A DNA stretch of 51,819 nt from Alphaproteobacteria bacterium (GCA_017464685.1 JAFTYO010000008.1:1-51819); one strand, 5' to 3'; positions 9,563 to 20,986 are shown, counted from the first letter of the stretch. Program-made: numbers and translations. The notes: a model not told the origin generated them from the letters alone.

Positions 9563-11593
9563 ATGGCAAGCAATTTTTTAGAAACCGGAACAGTTAATCA
9601 TAATTTCAGGGAATACGGCTATGAACGAGTATTGGCTGAGCTAAATGCCGACATGGAAGAAAACAACAGAAAAATTGCTCATTTGCATCAGATGGCGCAA
9701 TCGGTATCCGATAAAGATACAAAATTAAGCTTAGATGCTGAGTATAAACAATGTCTTGAAATCAAGGATTACTTAAATGATGGTCTTGCTTTAATAAAAG
9801 ATTATCCCGAAGAATTTCCGGTTTTGTATTCAATGATTGCTCGTGAAGACATGAGTGAATCGGGTGTTAAGTTCGAGTTAAACGAAGTGTTGGCTCATAC
9901 TGATGAAATTGTTACCGAAGCGCAAGATGTAATGCCTAAAGGCAAACAACTTGAACTTACTTGTGAATTGCCTAATGCCGGAAAGTTCGGCATTGTGGTA
10001 ACTCCATATGACAAATCAGGTGAAAATGATGAACAGTTTAAGGCTCGCATAAACTTTGAAGAAGATACCATTGCAAAATTGAATGAAGCCAGATTAAAAG
10101 CCATTTTAGAGTTCTGTGAGAAAAAAGGAATATCTGTATATGATATGACATTTCCATATAAAGACGGCTTGGTTGATGTTGATGAAAAACTGTTTGAATT
10201 GACACAAAAGTTTTTACAAAACCGCAGAGAGGAAGATGCGCAAAATTCGGGACCGACACCTGAAGATGATACTCAAGAAAAGTTTGTAATGTTGGAAGCA
10301 GAAGTTAAGCCTTTGGAACATAGTGCCAATGATAACAAACCCAAAAAAGCAAAAAAAGAGGTTACTCTTGTCAATATGTACAATGAAATGACAGATTTTC
10401 TTGAAAATGATTTAAAGAAAACCAAAGGTTTAAGCTATTTTGTCAGAACAAAAAACATTGACGGCTTGCAAACGTATGTTTTCAGTTTGTATGATAAACC
10501 AAACCGAGATAATGAAAAATTAGACGGCAAAAAAGATAAAAATGGCGTTTATGTTCCGACATATTCATATCGTTTATATGTTGCACAAAACCCGAAAAAC
10601 GGTAAATTTTCTTTCGGATATGCAACTCCGGGAGGCAAAAAAATGGACGACACTATGGCCGGAGACTTTGTCGGAATTATGAAAAAAACAGGTGTTACGC
10701 ATCTTAATTTCCATAATGTATCAAGCACCAATAAGGGGGTTTGGATGATGGCTTGTGCCGAAAAAGGTATTGTACCGGTGGGTATTTCGCTTAACACGGC
10801 AAAGGCAAGAGCTATGGTTGAAGCCGCACGCAAAAAACTCTCCACGGAAGAATTTGTTACATTCAAATATCGTTTAGCTGAGCAAATGCTTGAAAATGCT
10901 AAAAAGAAATGCAAAGATAAGTCTGACCCGAGATTTGGTTTAAGTAAATCCGAGCACGATTTTATATCCGGATTAAAAACGGCTAAAAACTTTGATAATT
11001 TCCGCATTGCTTATGAAGACGGTTTATATGGCAGAGTTCTTGACCAGATTGACAAAGGCTCAAAGGATTCCGAAAAAGGTGCGGCAATTACCTTTGGTTC
11101 AATGAGAGCCCTAAAATCTGTCTTTGATATATACTTTGGTCACCACGATGAAACTTTCGGTCAAAGGTTAGCTGATATTAAAGAAACTTTACCTCAGGAA
11201 GAATATGAGAAGTTACTGGCGATATCACCTGATAAAAAAATGGTTGATTTAAGCACCGAAGATTTTACATTAATTTATGATACCATTTTAGACAGACATA
11301 TTCAAAATGCCGAAAAAGACATTTTACAAGCTTATGCTCGTGAATTAAAGCGCAAACCTCAACGTGCCGATGGTGTTGTTTTGGCCAGCGATTTGTTCCC
11401 GAGAGCAAAAGGTGCAGTCAATGAAATTAATATTACCTTATCTCGTAACGGTATAGACACCCTCACCTTACCGTTAGAGCACAAAGGTCTTGAATTTGCT
11501 CGTCCGGTTGAGCTAAATGCAAACGCAAATACGCAAACCAACACTAATCAGCTGCAACCGCTAGTCAATCAGGGCGCACAAAATGCAAGATAA
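9563..11593 (+). CDS. Large hypothetical protein
   Basis: 676-aa ORF, GGGGA RBS, upstream TTGATA-17-TACATT. Confidence 0.75.
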   Translation: MASNFLETGTVNHNFREYGYERVLAELNADMEENNRKIAHLHQMAQSVSDKDTKLSLDAEYKQCLEIKDYLNDGLALIKDYPEEFPVLYSMIAREDMSESGVKFELNEVLAHTDEIVTEAQDVMPKGKQLELTCELPNAGKFGIVVTPYDKSGENDEQFKARINFEEDTIAKLNEARLKAILEFCEKKGISVYDMTFPYKDGLVDVDEKLFELTQKFLQNRREEDAQNSGPTPEDDTQEKFVMLEAEVKPLEHSANDNKPKKAKKEVTLVNMYNEMTDFLENDLKKTKGLSYFVRTKNIDGLQTYVFSLYDKPNRDNEKLDGKKDKNGVYVPTYSYRLYVAQNPKNGKFSFGYATPGGKKMDDTMAGDFVGIMKKTGVTHLNFHNVSSTNKGVWMMACAEKGIVPVGISLNTAKARAMVEAARKKLSTEEFVTFKYRLAEQMLENAKKKCKDKSDPRFGLSKSEHDFISGLKTAKNFDNFRIAYEDGLYGRVLDQIDKGSKDSEKGAAITFGSMRALKSVFDIYFGHHDETFGQRLADIKETLPQEEYEKLLAISPDKKMVDLSTEDFTLIYDTILDRHIQNAEKDILQAYARELKRKPQRADGVVLASDLFPRAKGAVNEINITLSRNGIDTLTLPLEHKGLEFARPVELNANANTQTNTNQLQPLVNQGAQNAR

Positions 11594-12848
11594 TGACTTT
11601 GAGCGAGCTCGGCAGTTTTACAAAATGTTTGAAAACGAGAGAACATTTAGCAATTTTTGTTTTAGCTTATCAAAAAAGCGCATACAAAATATGACTACTG
11701 ATGAATGGATTTCGTTTTTTTACGGGCTCAATCGTTTGGGAAAAAATTTGGGATACAAAACAACCGATGAAGTGGTTAAAAATCACAGAGAACCTCTGGA
11801 GTATATGTATTCCAATTTCAGGCTTAACAAAAACGAGGCCCGAAAAATAAAAACTTTAGCTTATCAGATGGCAGATGCTTTGGCAACTTCAAAAACCTTT
11901 GCTGACTTCTATTATGCCGCAGATATAGGGGCTGCCAAAATGGACGATAGTTCTTATCAACATACGGTAAAAACAATGCGAAAATTTTTGTATGATGAAA
12001 TTTTCGGTGACGGCATAAAACATAGTATATTAGCTCCTGATATAAAAATATCTTCAGATAAAAGAAATAATACTTCCGATTGGAGTAAAAGCGGACATTT
12101 TTTACAAGACGGATTATTTACCCGTGAAGTTGATGTACATCTTGAAAGCTCAGATTTTTGTAACACAGCCGCACACGAGTTGTATCATTCGTTGCAAAGG
12201 TTATCTGATTCAAAGAGGGCAAAGTTGTTAAAAAAACTCAGGTTTGAGGTTGATGTTCCTTTTGATACCAAAACCGGTGAGCTTTATAGTTTGAATCATG
12301 CATTTTATCTTAAAGGTTTAGCAGATTGTTCAAAAGGATATCAAAAACAACCGTTAGAATACGGTGCAAGGTTTTTTGCCACTTGTTTTGAAAGAAGATT
12401 GCGCCACAATTTGCGAGCCTCTCAAAACAACTGGGGCGCAGCATATATGAGCACGCAACTTTTGCGCCATTTAGACATTTTTGAAGGCAATTTACAGACA
12501 GATAAAGTAGGAGTTGTTTTATCTTATATTGAATTACAAGAAAAAGATTTATCTTTGTTGCAAGAATTTTCGCAAAAATATGTTAAAAATCAAAATAGAA
12601 CTACATTTTTTTGTGCCGGCAATGTGAGTGTATTGGCTATTGAGCCCACCAAGAATAATATAATCAATCTTAACAGGCTATATACCAATATGCAAAAAGC
12701 CAGAAGAAACAAAACACTCAAAACCGAATTTTTAAAACAATATTTTCCTATAACCTACCAAAAATATTATGCAACCGAGCAAGAAAAACTTGCACAAAAA
12801 TCGGTCTTAAGCAGGGTTATGATAAACCGGTTACATAAAGATATGTAA
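11583..12848 (+). CDS. Hypothetical protein with zincin-like motif
   Basis: TAAHELYH (HExxH) plus downstream YQKQPLEYGA. Confidence 0.65.
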   Translation: MQDNDFERARQFYKMFENERTFSNFCFSLSKKRIQNMTTDEWISFFYGLNRLGKNLGYKTTDEVVKNHREPLEYMYSNFRLNKNEARKIKTLAYQMADALATSKTFADFYYAADIGAAKMDDSSYQHTVKTMRKFLYDEIFGDGIKHSILAPDIKISSDKRNNTSDWSKSGHFLQDGLFTREVDVHLESSDFCNTAAHELYHSLQRLSDSKRAKLLKKLRFEVDVPFDTKTGELYSLNHAFYLKGLADCSKGYQKQPLEYGARFFATCFERRLRHNLRASQNNWGAAYMSTQLLRHLDIFEGNLQTDKVGVVLSYIELQEKDLSLLQEFSQKYVKNQNRTTFFCAGNVSVLAIEPTKNNIINLNRLYTNMQKARRNKTLKTEFLKQYFPITYQKYYATEQEKLAQKSVLSRVMINRLHKDM

Positions 12849-13004
12849 AAAACCTAACCTTTAGTAAATTTTTTTTAGATTTTTTGCGTTTTGTTATTGA
12901 AAAATTTACTTTTATTACTTAAGTTAAACTTGTATTAGTTGTATTGCAATTAAAATTGTTCCTTTAATTAGGACTGTTAATTTTAACCATATGGAGAAAA
13001 TAAG

Positions 13005-13478
13005 ATGAAAAAACTTTTAAGTTTGTTCTGCGCAATGGCTTTCTTAGCCGGCTGTTCATCAGTAAATGAAAACGGCGGTTTGTTCGGCGGTACAGATTGC
13101 GAATCAAGAGAAGTACGTGACTTTATGGCAAATGCCGAAGACAGAGTGTTCTTTGCTTATGACAGTTCTTCTTTGACTGACAATGCCGAAGAAGTTCTTG
13201 ACACACAAGTAAACTGGCTCAATATGAGAAAGCACAAAAATGTAAATGTTGTAGTTCAAGGTTACTGTGACGAAAGAGGTACTCGTGAATACAACTTGGC
13301 ATTAGGTGAACGCCGTGCCAACGCCGTTAAAAACTATCTTGTATCTCAAGGTGTAGCTGCTGACCGCATTTCCGTAATTTCTTACGGTAAAGAAAGACCT
13401 GCAGTGTTGGGTAACAACGAAGCAGCTTGGGCTCAAAATCGTCGTGCAGTTACAGTTATAAGAACAAGCAATATGTAA
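13005..13478 (+). CDS. pal: Peptidoglycan-associated lipoprotein
   Basis: Lipobox LAGC; DERGTREYNLALGERRANAV; NRRA. Confidence 0.95.
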   Translation: MKKLLSLFCAMAFLAGCSSVNENGGLFGGTDCESREVRDFMANAEDRVFFAYDSSSLTDNAEEVLDTQVNWLNMRKHKNVNVVVQGYCDERGTREYNLALGERRANAVKNYLVSQGVAADRISVISYGKERPAVLGNNEAAWAQNRRAVTVIRTSNM

Positions 13479-13498
13479 TTGTTAGTTACGAAGCTTAT

Positions 13499-13532
13499 AA
13501 AATGCGTTCTTTGGTTAAAGAACGCATTTTTT
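13499..13532. terminator. Bidirectional terminator pal/uvrD
   Basis: AAAATGCGTTCTTT-ggtt-AAAGAACGCATTTT. Confidence 0.85.
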
Positions 13533-13611
13533 GTTTTGTTGCATTCGGTTATCCGATGAAGAATATAAAGAGAATTATCAAAGTGTATTATGAGATATTT
13601 ATATCTCCAAG

Positions 13612-15870
13612 CTATATACGAACAAGATAATTTGCATAAATTTTTTTGTGGCCGGATTTATCAAACACTACTTCACATTTGTTACCAACAACTGCAACAA
13701 TGGTTCCGTATCCGAACATTTGATGATACACTCTTATGCCTTTTAATATGTGTGAGGTTGCCGAATATGAATCTTCAGTTTCATAAGAATATCGGTTATA
13801 ATTGTTTTGGGTACGGTTTTTGTTATAACTGCCATAATTTTGATATCCGCCGTAATATTGCCGATTGGCACTGTTGATTATATGCAAACAATTGGTTGGA
13901 ATTTCATTTATAAATCGTGAGGGAATGTTGTTTTGCATCTGTCCGTAAACTCGGCGACTCATAGTGGTTAAGATATAAAGTTTTTGCTTGGCTCGGGTGA
14001 TGGCAACATAAGCCAGTCTTCTTTCTTCTTCCAAAGCTTCGCTTCCGCCTTCGTCCAAACTTCGTTGATGCGGAAACAATCCGTCCTCCCAACCAGGAAG
14101 GAAAACAACATCAAACTCTAAGCCTTTGGCCGAATGAAGGGTTATGAGCATAACTTTGTTGTTGTCAATGGCATTGTCATTATCCATAACCAAGCTGACA
14201 TGCTCCAAGAAAACGGCTAAATTGGGATATTTTTCTTTATCGTTTAACACTCCCAAAAGTTCTTTTAAGTTTTCAATTCGGCCTGGGGCTTCGGCGGATT
14301 TATCGCTTTTGAGCATATCATAATAGCCCGAATCTTCCAAAATTTGCGCAGCCAAGTCATCAGGGGATACCATTTGTGAAATTTTGTTCCACTCATCAAA
14401 ATTATCCATCAATTCTTGCAAAGCATTTTTGGCTTTTCCGGTTATCAGATTTTGTGAAAGCATTTGCTTAATTGCCTGGTACATACTGATGTGGTTTGAT
14501 CTGGCATAATCTTGAAATTTTTCAATGCTTTTGGCACCAATCCCTCTGGCCGGTTTGTTGATTATGCGCTCTAAAGCCAAATCATCATCAGGCTGAACAG
14601 CAACTCTGAAATAAGCGAGTAAATCTCTTATTTCTTGGCGTTCATAAAACTTCGGACCGCCGATTACCTGATATGGGATTGCCTCGTTGATAAATCGTTC
14701 TTCAAATTCTCGAGTTTGAAAAGCAGTTCTTACCAGTACTGCCATATTTGAATATTGATAACCGTCTCTTTTTAAGGTTTCGATTTGGTTGGCAACATAT
14801 TGTGCTTCTTCCGAGCCGTTATATGCGTTGACAAGTTTTATTTTGTCATTGGCGCAATTTAAGGCCGGTGAATTATCCGCAACTTTTAAGGTTTTTCCCA
14901 AACGACCGTCGTTATGGCAAATTAAGTTTGAGGCGGCTTTTAAGATGTTGGCGGTTGAACGATAGTTGCGCTCCAAACGAATCACTTTGGCATCGGTAAA
15001 ATCTTTCTCAAAACGCAAAATGTTTTTAATTTCGGCACCTCGCCACGAATATATGGATTGATCATCATCTCCGACACAACACAAATTGCGATGTTTTTGC
15101 GATAACATTCTTAAAAATAAATATTGTATGACATTGGTATCTTGATATTCGTCAACCATTATGTACTTAAATTTTTCCTGATATTTTTCTAAGATATCCG
15201 CATGTTGTTGCAAAATTTGCAAGGTGTACAAAATGATATCGCCGAAATCAACACAATTAAGTTCAATCAGCCTTTTTTGATATTTTTCATAAACACCGGC
15301 AATTAAGGTGCATTTTTGTTCGGACTTTATGCTGTCATATGATAGGCCTTTATCCTTTAACCGCTGAATTTTTTCCATAAATGCCTGCGGCGGATATTTT
15401 TTTTCATCAATACTTTCATCTTCAATAATTTTTTTAATAATGCGTTTTTGGTCGTCCTCATTTAAGATGGTAAAATTGCTTTTTAAGTTTACCAGTTCGG
15501 CATAAGTACGCAAAATTTTGACACATACGCTGTGAAATGTACCAAGCCAAACCGAATCGGCCATAGGACCAATTATATCTTTTACCCTTGATTTCATTTC
15601 CGATGCAGCCCGATTGGTAAATGTAACCACTAAGCAGTTATGAGGCGTGGCTTTCATGGTAGATAAAATGTAAGCAAGTCTAGTGGTTAAAACTTTGGTT
15701 TTTCCGGTGCCGGCTCCGGATAATACAAGAAGTGGACCATCAGTGGTTTGAACTGCTGATTTTTGTTCGGGGTTTAGTTCGTCAAGCCAAGAATAATCAG
15801 GTCTTAAAGCGCTGATGTTATCAAAAGTTTGAGCGGTTTGTTCATCTTCAAAATCAAAAATGTTTGTCAT
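13612..15870 (-). CDS. uvrD: UvrD/PcrA DNA helicase
   Basis: GAGTGKT, DEYQDTN, TLHSAKGLEF, EERRLAYVAITRA. Confidence 0.95.
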   Translation of the reverse strand: MTNIFDFEDEQTAQTFDNISALRPDYSWLDELNPEQKSAVQTTDGPLLVLSGAGTGKTKVLTTRLAYILSTMKATPHNCLVVTFTNRAASEMKSRVKDIIGPMADSVWLGTFHSVCVKILRTYAELVNLKSNFTILNEDDQKRIIKKIIEDESIDEKKYPPQAFMEKIQRLKDKGLSYDSIKSEQKCTLIAGVYEKYQKRLIELNCVDFGDIILYTLQILQQHADILEKYQEKFKYIMVDEYQDTNVIQYLFLRMLSQKHRNLCCVGDDDQSIYSWRGAEIKNILRFEKDFTDAKVIRLERNYRSTANILKAASNLICHNDGRLGKTLKVADNSPALNCANDKIKLVNAYNGSEEAQYVANQIETLKRDGYQYSNMAVLVRTAFQTREFEERFINEAIPYQVIGGPKFYERQEIRDLLAYFRVAVQPDDDLALERIINKPARGIGAKSIEKFQDYARSNHISMYQAIKQMLSQNLITGKAKNALQELMDNFDEWNKISQMVSPDDLAAQILEDSGYYDMLKSDKSAEAPGRIENLKELLGVLNDKEKYPNLAVFLEHVSLVMDNDNAIDNNKVMLITLHSAKGLEFDVVFLPGWEDGLFPHQRSLDEGGSEALEEERRLAYVAITRAKQKLYILTTMSRRVYGQMQNNIPSRFINEIPTNCLHIINSANRQYYGGYQNYGSYNKNRTQNNYNRYSYETEDSYSATSHILKGIRVYHQMFGYGTIVAVVGNKCEVVFDKSGHKKIYANYLVRI

Positions 15871-15975
15871 TTCAGGATACTTCTTGTTTTTTTCTTTGTA
15901 GCAATATATATAATAGTCTTATCAGAAATAAAAGAGTTTTTTAAAAACCGCATTGGATAATTAGAGGATAATATA

Positions 15976-16956
15976 ATGTCAGCATTAAGAGATAAAATAA
16001 TCAGGTTACAAAATCATTTACAAAGTCGTATTTTAGGTCAGGAAGATTTGGTAAGAAAACTTCTTATCACACTTTTAGCCTCGGGACACGCGTTGGTTGA
16101 AGGAGCTCCCGGTCTTGCAAAAACAAAAGCTATCAGGACACTTGCTACCAGTATCAATGCCGATTATAACCGAATCCAATTTACACCTGATTTGTTGCCT
16201 TCCGACATTACAGGAAGTGATGTATATGTATCATCAACGGGAAAGTTTGAATTTAGAAAAGGACCGGTGTTTGCTAATTTGGTTTTGGCCGATGAAATTA
16301 ATCGTGCGCCGGCAAAAGTGCAATCGGCATTGTTGGAAGCTATGGCCGAAAAACAAATCAGTGTGGGCGGTCAGGTTTATCGCTTGCCTGAATTATTTCT
16401 GGTTATGGCAACGCAAAACCCCATTGAACACGAGGGAACATATAACTTGCCGGAAGCTCAGCTTGACAGGTTTTTAATGTATATCAAAATTAATCAGCCT
16501 AATGCATATACCGAGCGCAAAATTTTGGAACTGGTAAGGGACGAAGATACTTCTTGTGCCGATGATAAAAAATGTGCGGATAAATCCGACTATAAACTTA
16601 CGGTTGATGATGTGTTGTCGGCAGGTAAAGAAGCCTTGAAAGTTTACACTTCCGAAGATGTCGTAAACTATTTAGTAGAGCTTATTATGGCAACCAGAGA
16701 TGCCGTAAAATATGACGAATCGTTGGACGGATATGTCAGGTTCGGAGCAAGCCCGAGAGCAACCATTGCTTTGGATAAATGCTCAAAAATCCACGCTTGG
16801 CTTGAAGGCAGAGATTTTGTAACTCCGGAGGATATCAATGCGGTTGTGCATGATGTTTTGCGCCATCGTATTATTTTAAGTTTTGAAGCTATGGCCGAAG
16901 GGGTTAACGCCGATGATGTAATAAGATCTTTGTTAAAAGCAGTACCATTGCCTTAA
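15976..16956 (+). CDS. moxR: MoxR-family AAA+ ATPase
   Basis: EGAPGLAKT, RIQFTPDLLPSD, DEINRA, ATQNPIE, EAQLDRF. Confidence 0.93.
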   Translation: MSALRDKIIRLQNHLQSRILGQEDLVRKLLITLLASGHALVEGAPGLAKTKAIRTLATSINADYNRIQFTPDLLPSDITGSDVYVSSTGKFEFRKGPVFANLVLADEINRAPAKVQSALLEAMAEKQISVGGQVYRLPELFLVMATQNPIEHEGTYNLPEAQLDRFLMYIKINQPNAYTERKILELVRDEDTSCADDKKCADKSDYKLTVDDVLSAGKEALKVYTSEDVVNYLVELIMATRDAVKYDESLDGYVRFGASPRATIALDKCSKIHAWLEGRDFVTPEDINAVVHDVLRHRIILSFEAMAEGVNADDVIRSLLKAVPLP

Positions 16957-16970
16957 AGGAGTATTAATCG

Positions 16971-17912
16971 GTGGTTTTAAAAAAAATCGGCAATTTATGG
17001 AAAAAAAACAACAATCCGAATTTGAGCGGATTGGTACCTGATTTTGATGAATTAACTGAAATTAAAAAATATGTTCCGTATTTGAAAGATTTTAAGTTTA
17101 ACGGCGCATCGAATCGAGCAGGGGACTTCAAATCATCATTTAAAGGTCGAGGAATGGAGTTTGAGGAAGTTCGTTCTTATACATTCGGTGATGATGTCAG
17201 AGACATTGATTGGCGAGTTACGGCTCGGAAAAATCAGCCCTATACAAAATTGTATGCCGAAGAAAAAGACAGAGTGGTTTATGTGTGGCTCGATGTATCT
17301 GCCGACATGCGTTTTGGTACTAAAAAAGAATTAAAATCGGTTACGGCGGCAAAAGTTGCGGCTCTGTTGGGGTGGTTTGCTTTATCAAACAAAGACCGTT
17401 TCGGCTTAATGGTTTATGACGGAAATAAAACGCATGTTTTCGAACCGAAAAGAGATTATAATCATTTGCTTACTATCTTGAAAAAAATTGAAAAAATTGC
17501 CAAAGAAACATTATTTGTAAAAAACGAATCGCAAGAAAAACTGAAATCTTTACAATTGGCAATAAAACGAATCGGGAAAAAAGCGATAGTTTTTTTAATC
17601 GGTGGTTTTGATGTATCAGATGATGAAAAATTAAAACATGAAATATCAGCTCTTTGTTCGGTTAACGATGTTTGCTTAATTAACATTTATGATGCTTTAG
17701 AATACATTGCTCCTCCTAAAGGACAATATTTGGCAGAATACAAGCAAAAACAACAACTTATTACAAATTATGGTACGACTTATGAGCAAGAATATGAAAC
17801 ATATTTTATTCAAAAAAGAAAAAATGTTAAAGATTTTTGTGCAAAATTTAATTGCAGGTATCGAGAAATTAGGTCGGATTTGTCAATATTTGAGCAAATT
17901 AGACCGATTTAA
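16971..17912 (+). CDS. DUF58 domain protein
   Basis: GRGMEFEEVRSY..GDDVRDIDWRVTAR; follows moxR. Confidence 0.9.
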   Translation: MVLKKIGNLWKKNNNPNLSGLVPDFDELTEIKKYVPYLKDFKFNGASNRAGDFKSSFKGRGMEFEEVRSYTFGDDVRDIDWRVTARKNQPYTKLYAEEKDRVVYVWLDVSADMRFGTKKELKSVTAAKVAALLGWFALSNKDRFGLMVYDGNKTHVFEPKRDYNHLLTILKKIEKIAKETLFVKNESQEKLKSLQLAIKRIGKKAIVFLIGGFDVSDDEKLKHEISALCSVNDVCLINIYDALEYIAPPKGQYLAEYKQKQQLITNYGTTYEQEYETYFIQKRKNVKDFCAKFNCRYREIRSDLSIFEQIRPI

Positions 17913-17998
17913 GACATTTCGAAACTTGACATAAATAATTTTAGGTGATATGCTCGGCGCATTAATTATTTTGTAACTTAAACAAAGAAGAGAAAAAA

Positions 17999-18952
17999 AT
18001 GGTAAAAATGAACGAAAATAATGCCTATAAAAGAGGCCAAGAGATGTTGGACAGCGGTATGTACAAAGAAGCTGTCGCTCAGTTTGATGTTGTAATCAGA
18101 GAACAACCGGATTCGTGGAAAGCAATGAATTCGAAGGGGTTTGCCTATCAAAAAATGAGCAAATATACCGATGCGGTTGAATGTTTTGATAAAGCATTGC
18201 AGATTAACCCGAAGTCGGTTGAGGTGTTAAACAACAAGGGGGTTACCTTGAGTATGCGCGGTCTTTACAAAGAGGCAATTGAGTGTTTTGATATGGCGTT
18301 TGCGGTAGATAAAACATCTTTAGAGGCTCTGAACGGAAAAGCAATAGCTTTGCAACATATGTTTATGTTCAAAGAAGCTTTAGATGTTTTGGAACATGCA
18401 ATGAGTGTAGATAACAAACATCCGCAGACTCTTTTAAGTATTGCTGTAACTTTGCAAAAATTGAAACAATACGATCGTTCAATTGCATTTTTCAAAAAAG
18501 TTTTGGCCTTTGATAAAGCAAATGTTAAGGCTTGGAACGGAATTGGTGTTACATATCAATTGATGGGTGATAACGACTCGGCGATTAAGTGCTTTACCAA
18601 AATTTTAAACATTAACAGCAGTGAAATTCAGGCATGGATTAGTATTGGTTTTGTTTATCAAAAAATGTTCAAATTCCAAGATGCGTTCAAATGTTATAAA
18701 AAGGCTCAAAAGTTGGTGAATGGTCGTTATCATCATAAACTTTATGACGGGTTGGCTTCTTGTTTGACTAAGTTGTCAGAGTTTGACCAAGCAATTGAAG
18801 TTTATAAACAAATTTTCCAATATGAAGAGGGTAAGAAAAAGTGGGATGCTCAACGTTCGATTAAGTTTGTAAACAAATTAAAACGCAAAAAAGCAATCGG
18901 CACTTTGCCTGATATTATGGCTTCGGCTGGTGTTGATGCAGAAGAAGAGTAG
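17999..18952 (+). CDS. Tetratricopeptide repeat protein
   Basis: Multiple 34-aa repeats (NNKG..L...G.Y.EAIECFD.A); promoter TTGACA-17-TATGCT upstream. Confidence 0.9.
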   Translation: MVKMNENNAYKRGQEMLDSGMYKEAVAQFDVVIREQPDSWKAMNSKGFAYQKMSKYTDAVECFDKALQINPKSVEVLNNKGVTLSMRGLYKEAIECFDMAFAVDKTSLEALNGKAIALQHMFMFKEALDVLEHAMSVDNKHPQTLLSIAVTLQKLKQYDRSIAFFKKVLAFDKANVKAWNGIGVTYQLMGDNDSAIKCFTKILNINSSEIQAWISIGFVYQKMFKFQDAFKCYKKAQKLVNGRYHHKLYDGLASCLTKLSEFDQAIEVYKQIFQYEEGKKKWDAQRSIKFVNKLKRKKAIGTLPDIMASAGVDAEEE

Positions 18953-18957
18953 AGTTT

Positions 18958-18988
18958 AAAAACTGCCGTTGAAATTACGGCAGTTTTT
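18958..18988 (+). terminator. Intrinsic terminator
   Basis: AAAAACTGCCGT-loop-ACGGCAGTTTTT. Confidence 0.85.
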
Positions 18989-19015
18989 AATTTATCAGCA
19001 TAAGGAAATTATAAC

Positions 19016-20944
19016 ATGTCGGTAAATTTATACAATTTTGAACCGTTTGATGAATTTTTATCATCATTTTTAAAACCCAAAAAATATAACTATACTCCTA
19101 CAATGCATTTTGCAAAAAATAATTTGTTAAAAACAAAAAGTGTATATCAAGTGGAACAGAATCGTGAATATATAGCGAGTGCCATGTTAGAACGATACGT
19201 CTATCACAATTTAAAAGCTTTTTTGCTTAGCAATGAAAAAGCACCGTATTTTGAAAAGGCCGTACATTTTGACTATTTACCTGATTGGGCAAAAGAGCGT
19301 GAAAAAGATGGTAAAGATGTTCATATTTTTTGTAAAGATAAAATATCTGATGATATAAAAGAAAACATGGAAACTGTTTGTGATTTTATGTATGACACGG
19401 CTCTAAGCTATGTCGATAAACGAATCGAATTATTTAAATCTACTCAGAAAAAAGATAAAGAAATTAAGATAAATTTGGATAGCTTAAAAACCATAAATGA
19501 GTATGCTGATTTTAACAGTTTACTAAATGCAGCCAAAAAAGGTGATGCTTACAAAAGAAAACAAGAAGAAAAAGCAATAAAAGCCGCTGAGTTCTTAAAA
19601 GATTCTCTATATGGCACCGAATCGGTAATGGCTTTTGATGATGGTATGCAAATTTTGGAATTAAAATCTAAAGTTGCGCTTGATTTTGAAAGTCGTGAGA
19701 TGTGTCATTGTGTCGGTGATGGAGAATATGACGACAATGATGGGCAAAAAATTGATATCTTTTCTTTGCGTGATGAAAAAGGACATCCGCATGTTACACT
19801 TGAATTAAGAAACGGAGTGTTAAAACAATGCAAAGCTTATGGTAATAAAAAACCCAAAGAAGAATATTTGGCATATATCAGAGAGTTTGTACAAACCAAT
19901 GACATAGAAATAAGCAGTGATATGAAGTTTTTGGGTATGTTTAAGCAGGATGGAAAATATTATACTTATGATAATTTACCTAAAGGATTTGTTTATAAAG
20001 GAATGTTGGATTTATCAGGAATCGGACTTAAAAAACTTCCTGATATGTCGCATATTGAAGTAACCGGAAGTTTTATATGTGACAGAAATCATCTTACAGA
20101 TTTAAAAGGTGCTCCTTACAAAGTCGGCGGAAGTTTTTTTGTCAGTTCTAACAGCTTAAAAAGTCTGGAAGGGGCTCCTATATATGTCGGAGAGGATTTT
20201 TATTGTTAAAATAATTATTTAGAAGATTTAATCGGTGCTCCTCGTGAAGTCGGCGGTGATTTTATTTGTTGTTGCAATGAGCTTGAAACCTTAAAAGGTG
20301 CTCCGAATAAAGTAGGCGGTGATTTTGACTGCTCCAACAATAATTTGCATAGTTTGAAATATTTGCCTGAAGAAATAGGTGGTGAGCTTATATACAAACA
20401 AAACTATGTAATATGTCAAGATGAAGAAGAATATGATTTATCTGATTTTCCTAAAGATGTTACCATTAAAGGCGATATCGATTTGTCGGGTATGGGATTA
20501 ACAGAATTGCCCGACTTAACCGGAGTTATAGTTGAAGGTGATTTCAAGTGTTCGGATAACAATCTTGAAAGCTTAAAAGGTGCGCCCGAAAAAGTTGGCG
20601 GAAATTTTGACTGTTCGGGAAACAAAATTAAGAGCACTAGAGGTGCGCCTCGTGAAATCGGCGGTGACTTTATTTTCTCAAAAAACAATATTGAACGACT
20701 TGGCATTGTGCCCGAGGTTAAAGGTAAAATTTTGTATGACGGCAATCCATTGGTTAAAGGCATAATCGAACAAAATAAAGCAACATATATGGCAAAGCAT
20801 TTTGGCTTAATTGAAGAAAGAGGTTCGACTTTGTTAAGCGAAAAAATGTTGGGCAAATTGGTTGAGGCGGCAAAAATTAAAACGGATAAGACGGGTATAG
20901 GTATCAAAGAACTCAAAGAAAGAAAATTCGGTAAATTAAAGTAA
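19016..20944 (+). pseudogene. PcfJ-like domain plus 22-aa LRR protein, interrupted by one in-frame TAA at 20207-20209
   Basis: ESREMCHCVG...IFSLRD...PHVTLE...QCKAYGN; LKGAPxxVGGxFxCxxNxL repeats continue in the same frame across the stop. Confidence 0.8.
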
Positions 20945-20986
20945 AAAAGAGACCTGTACATCTAATGCGTCGTTTTCGGAATGAAA

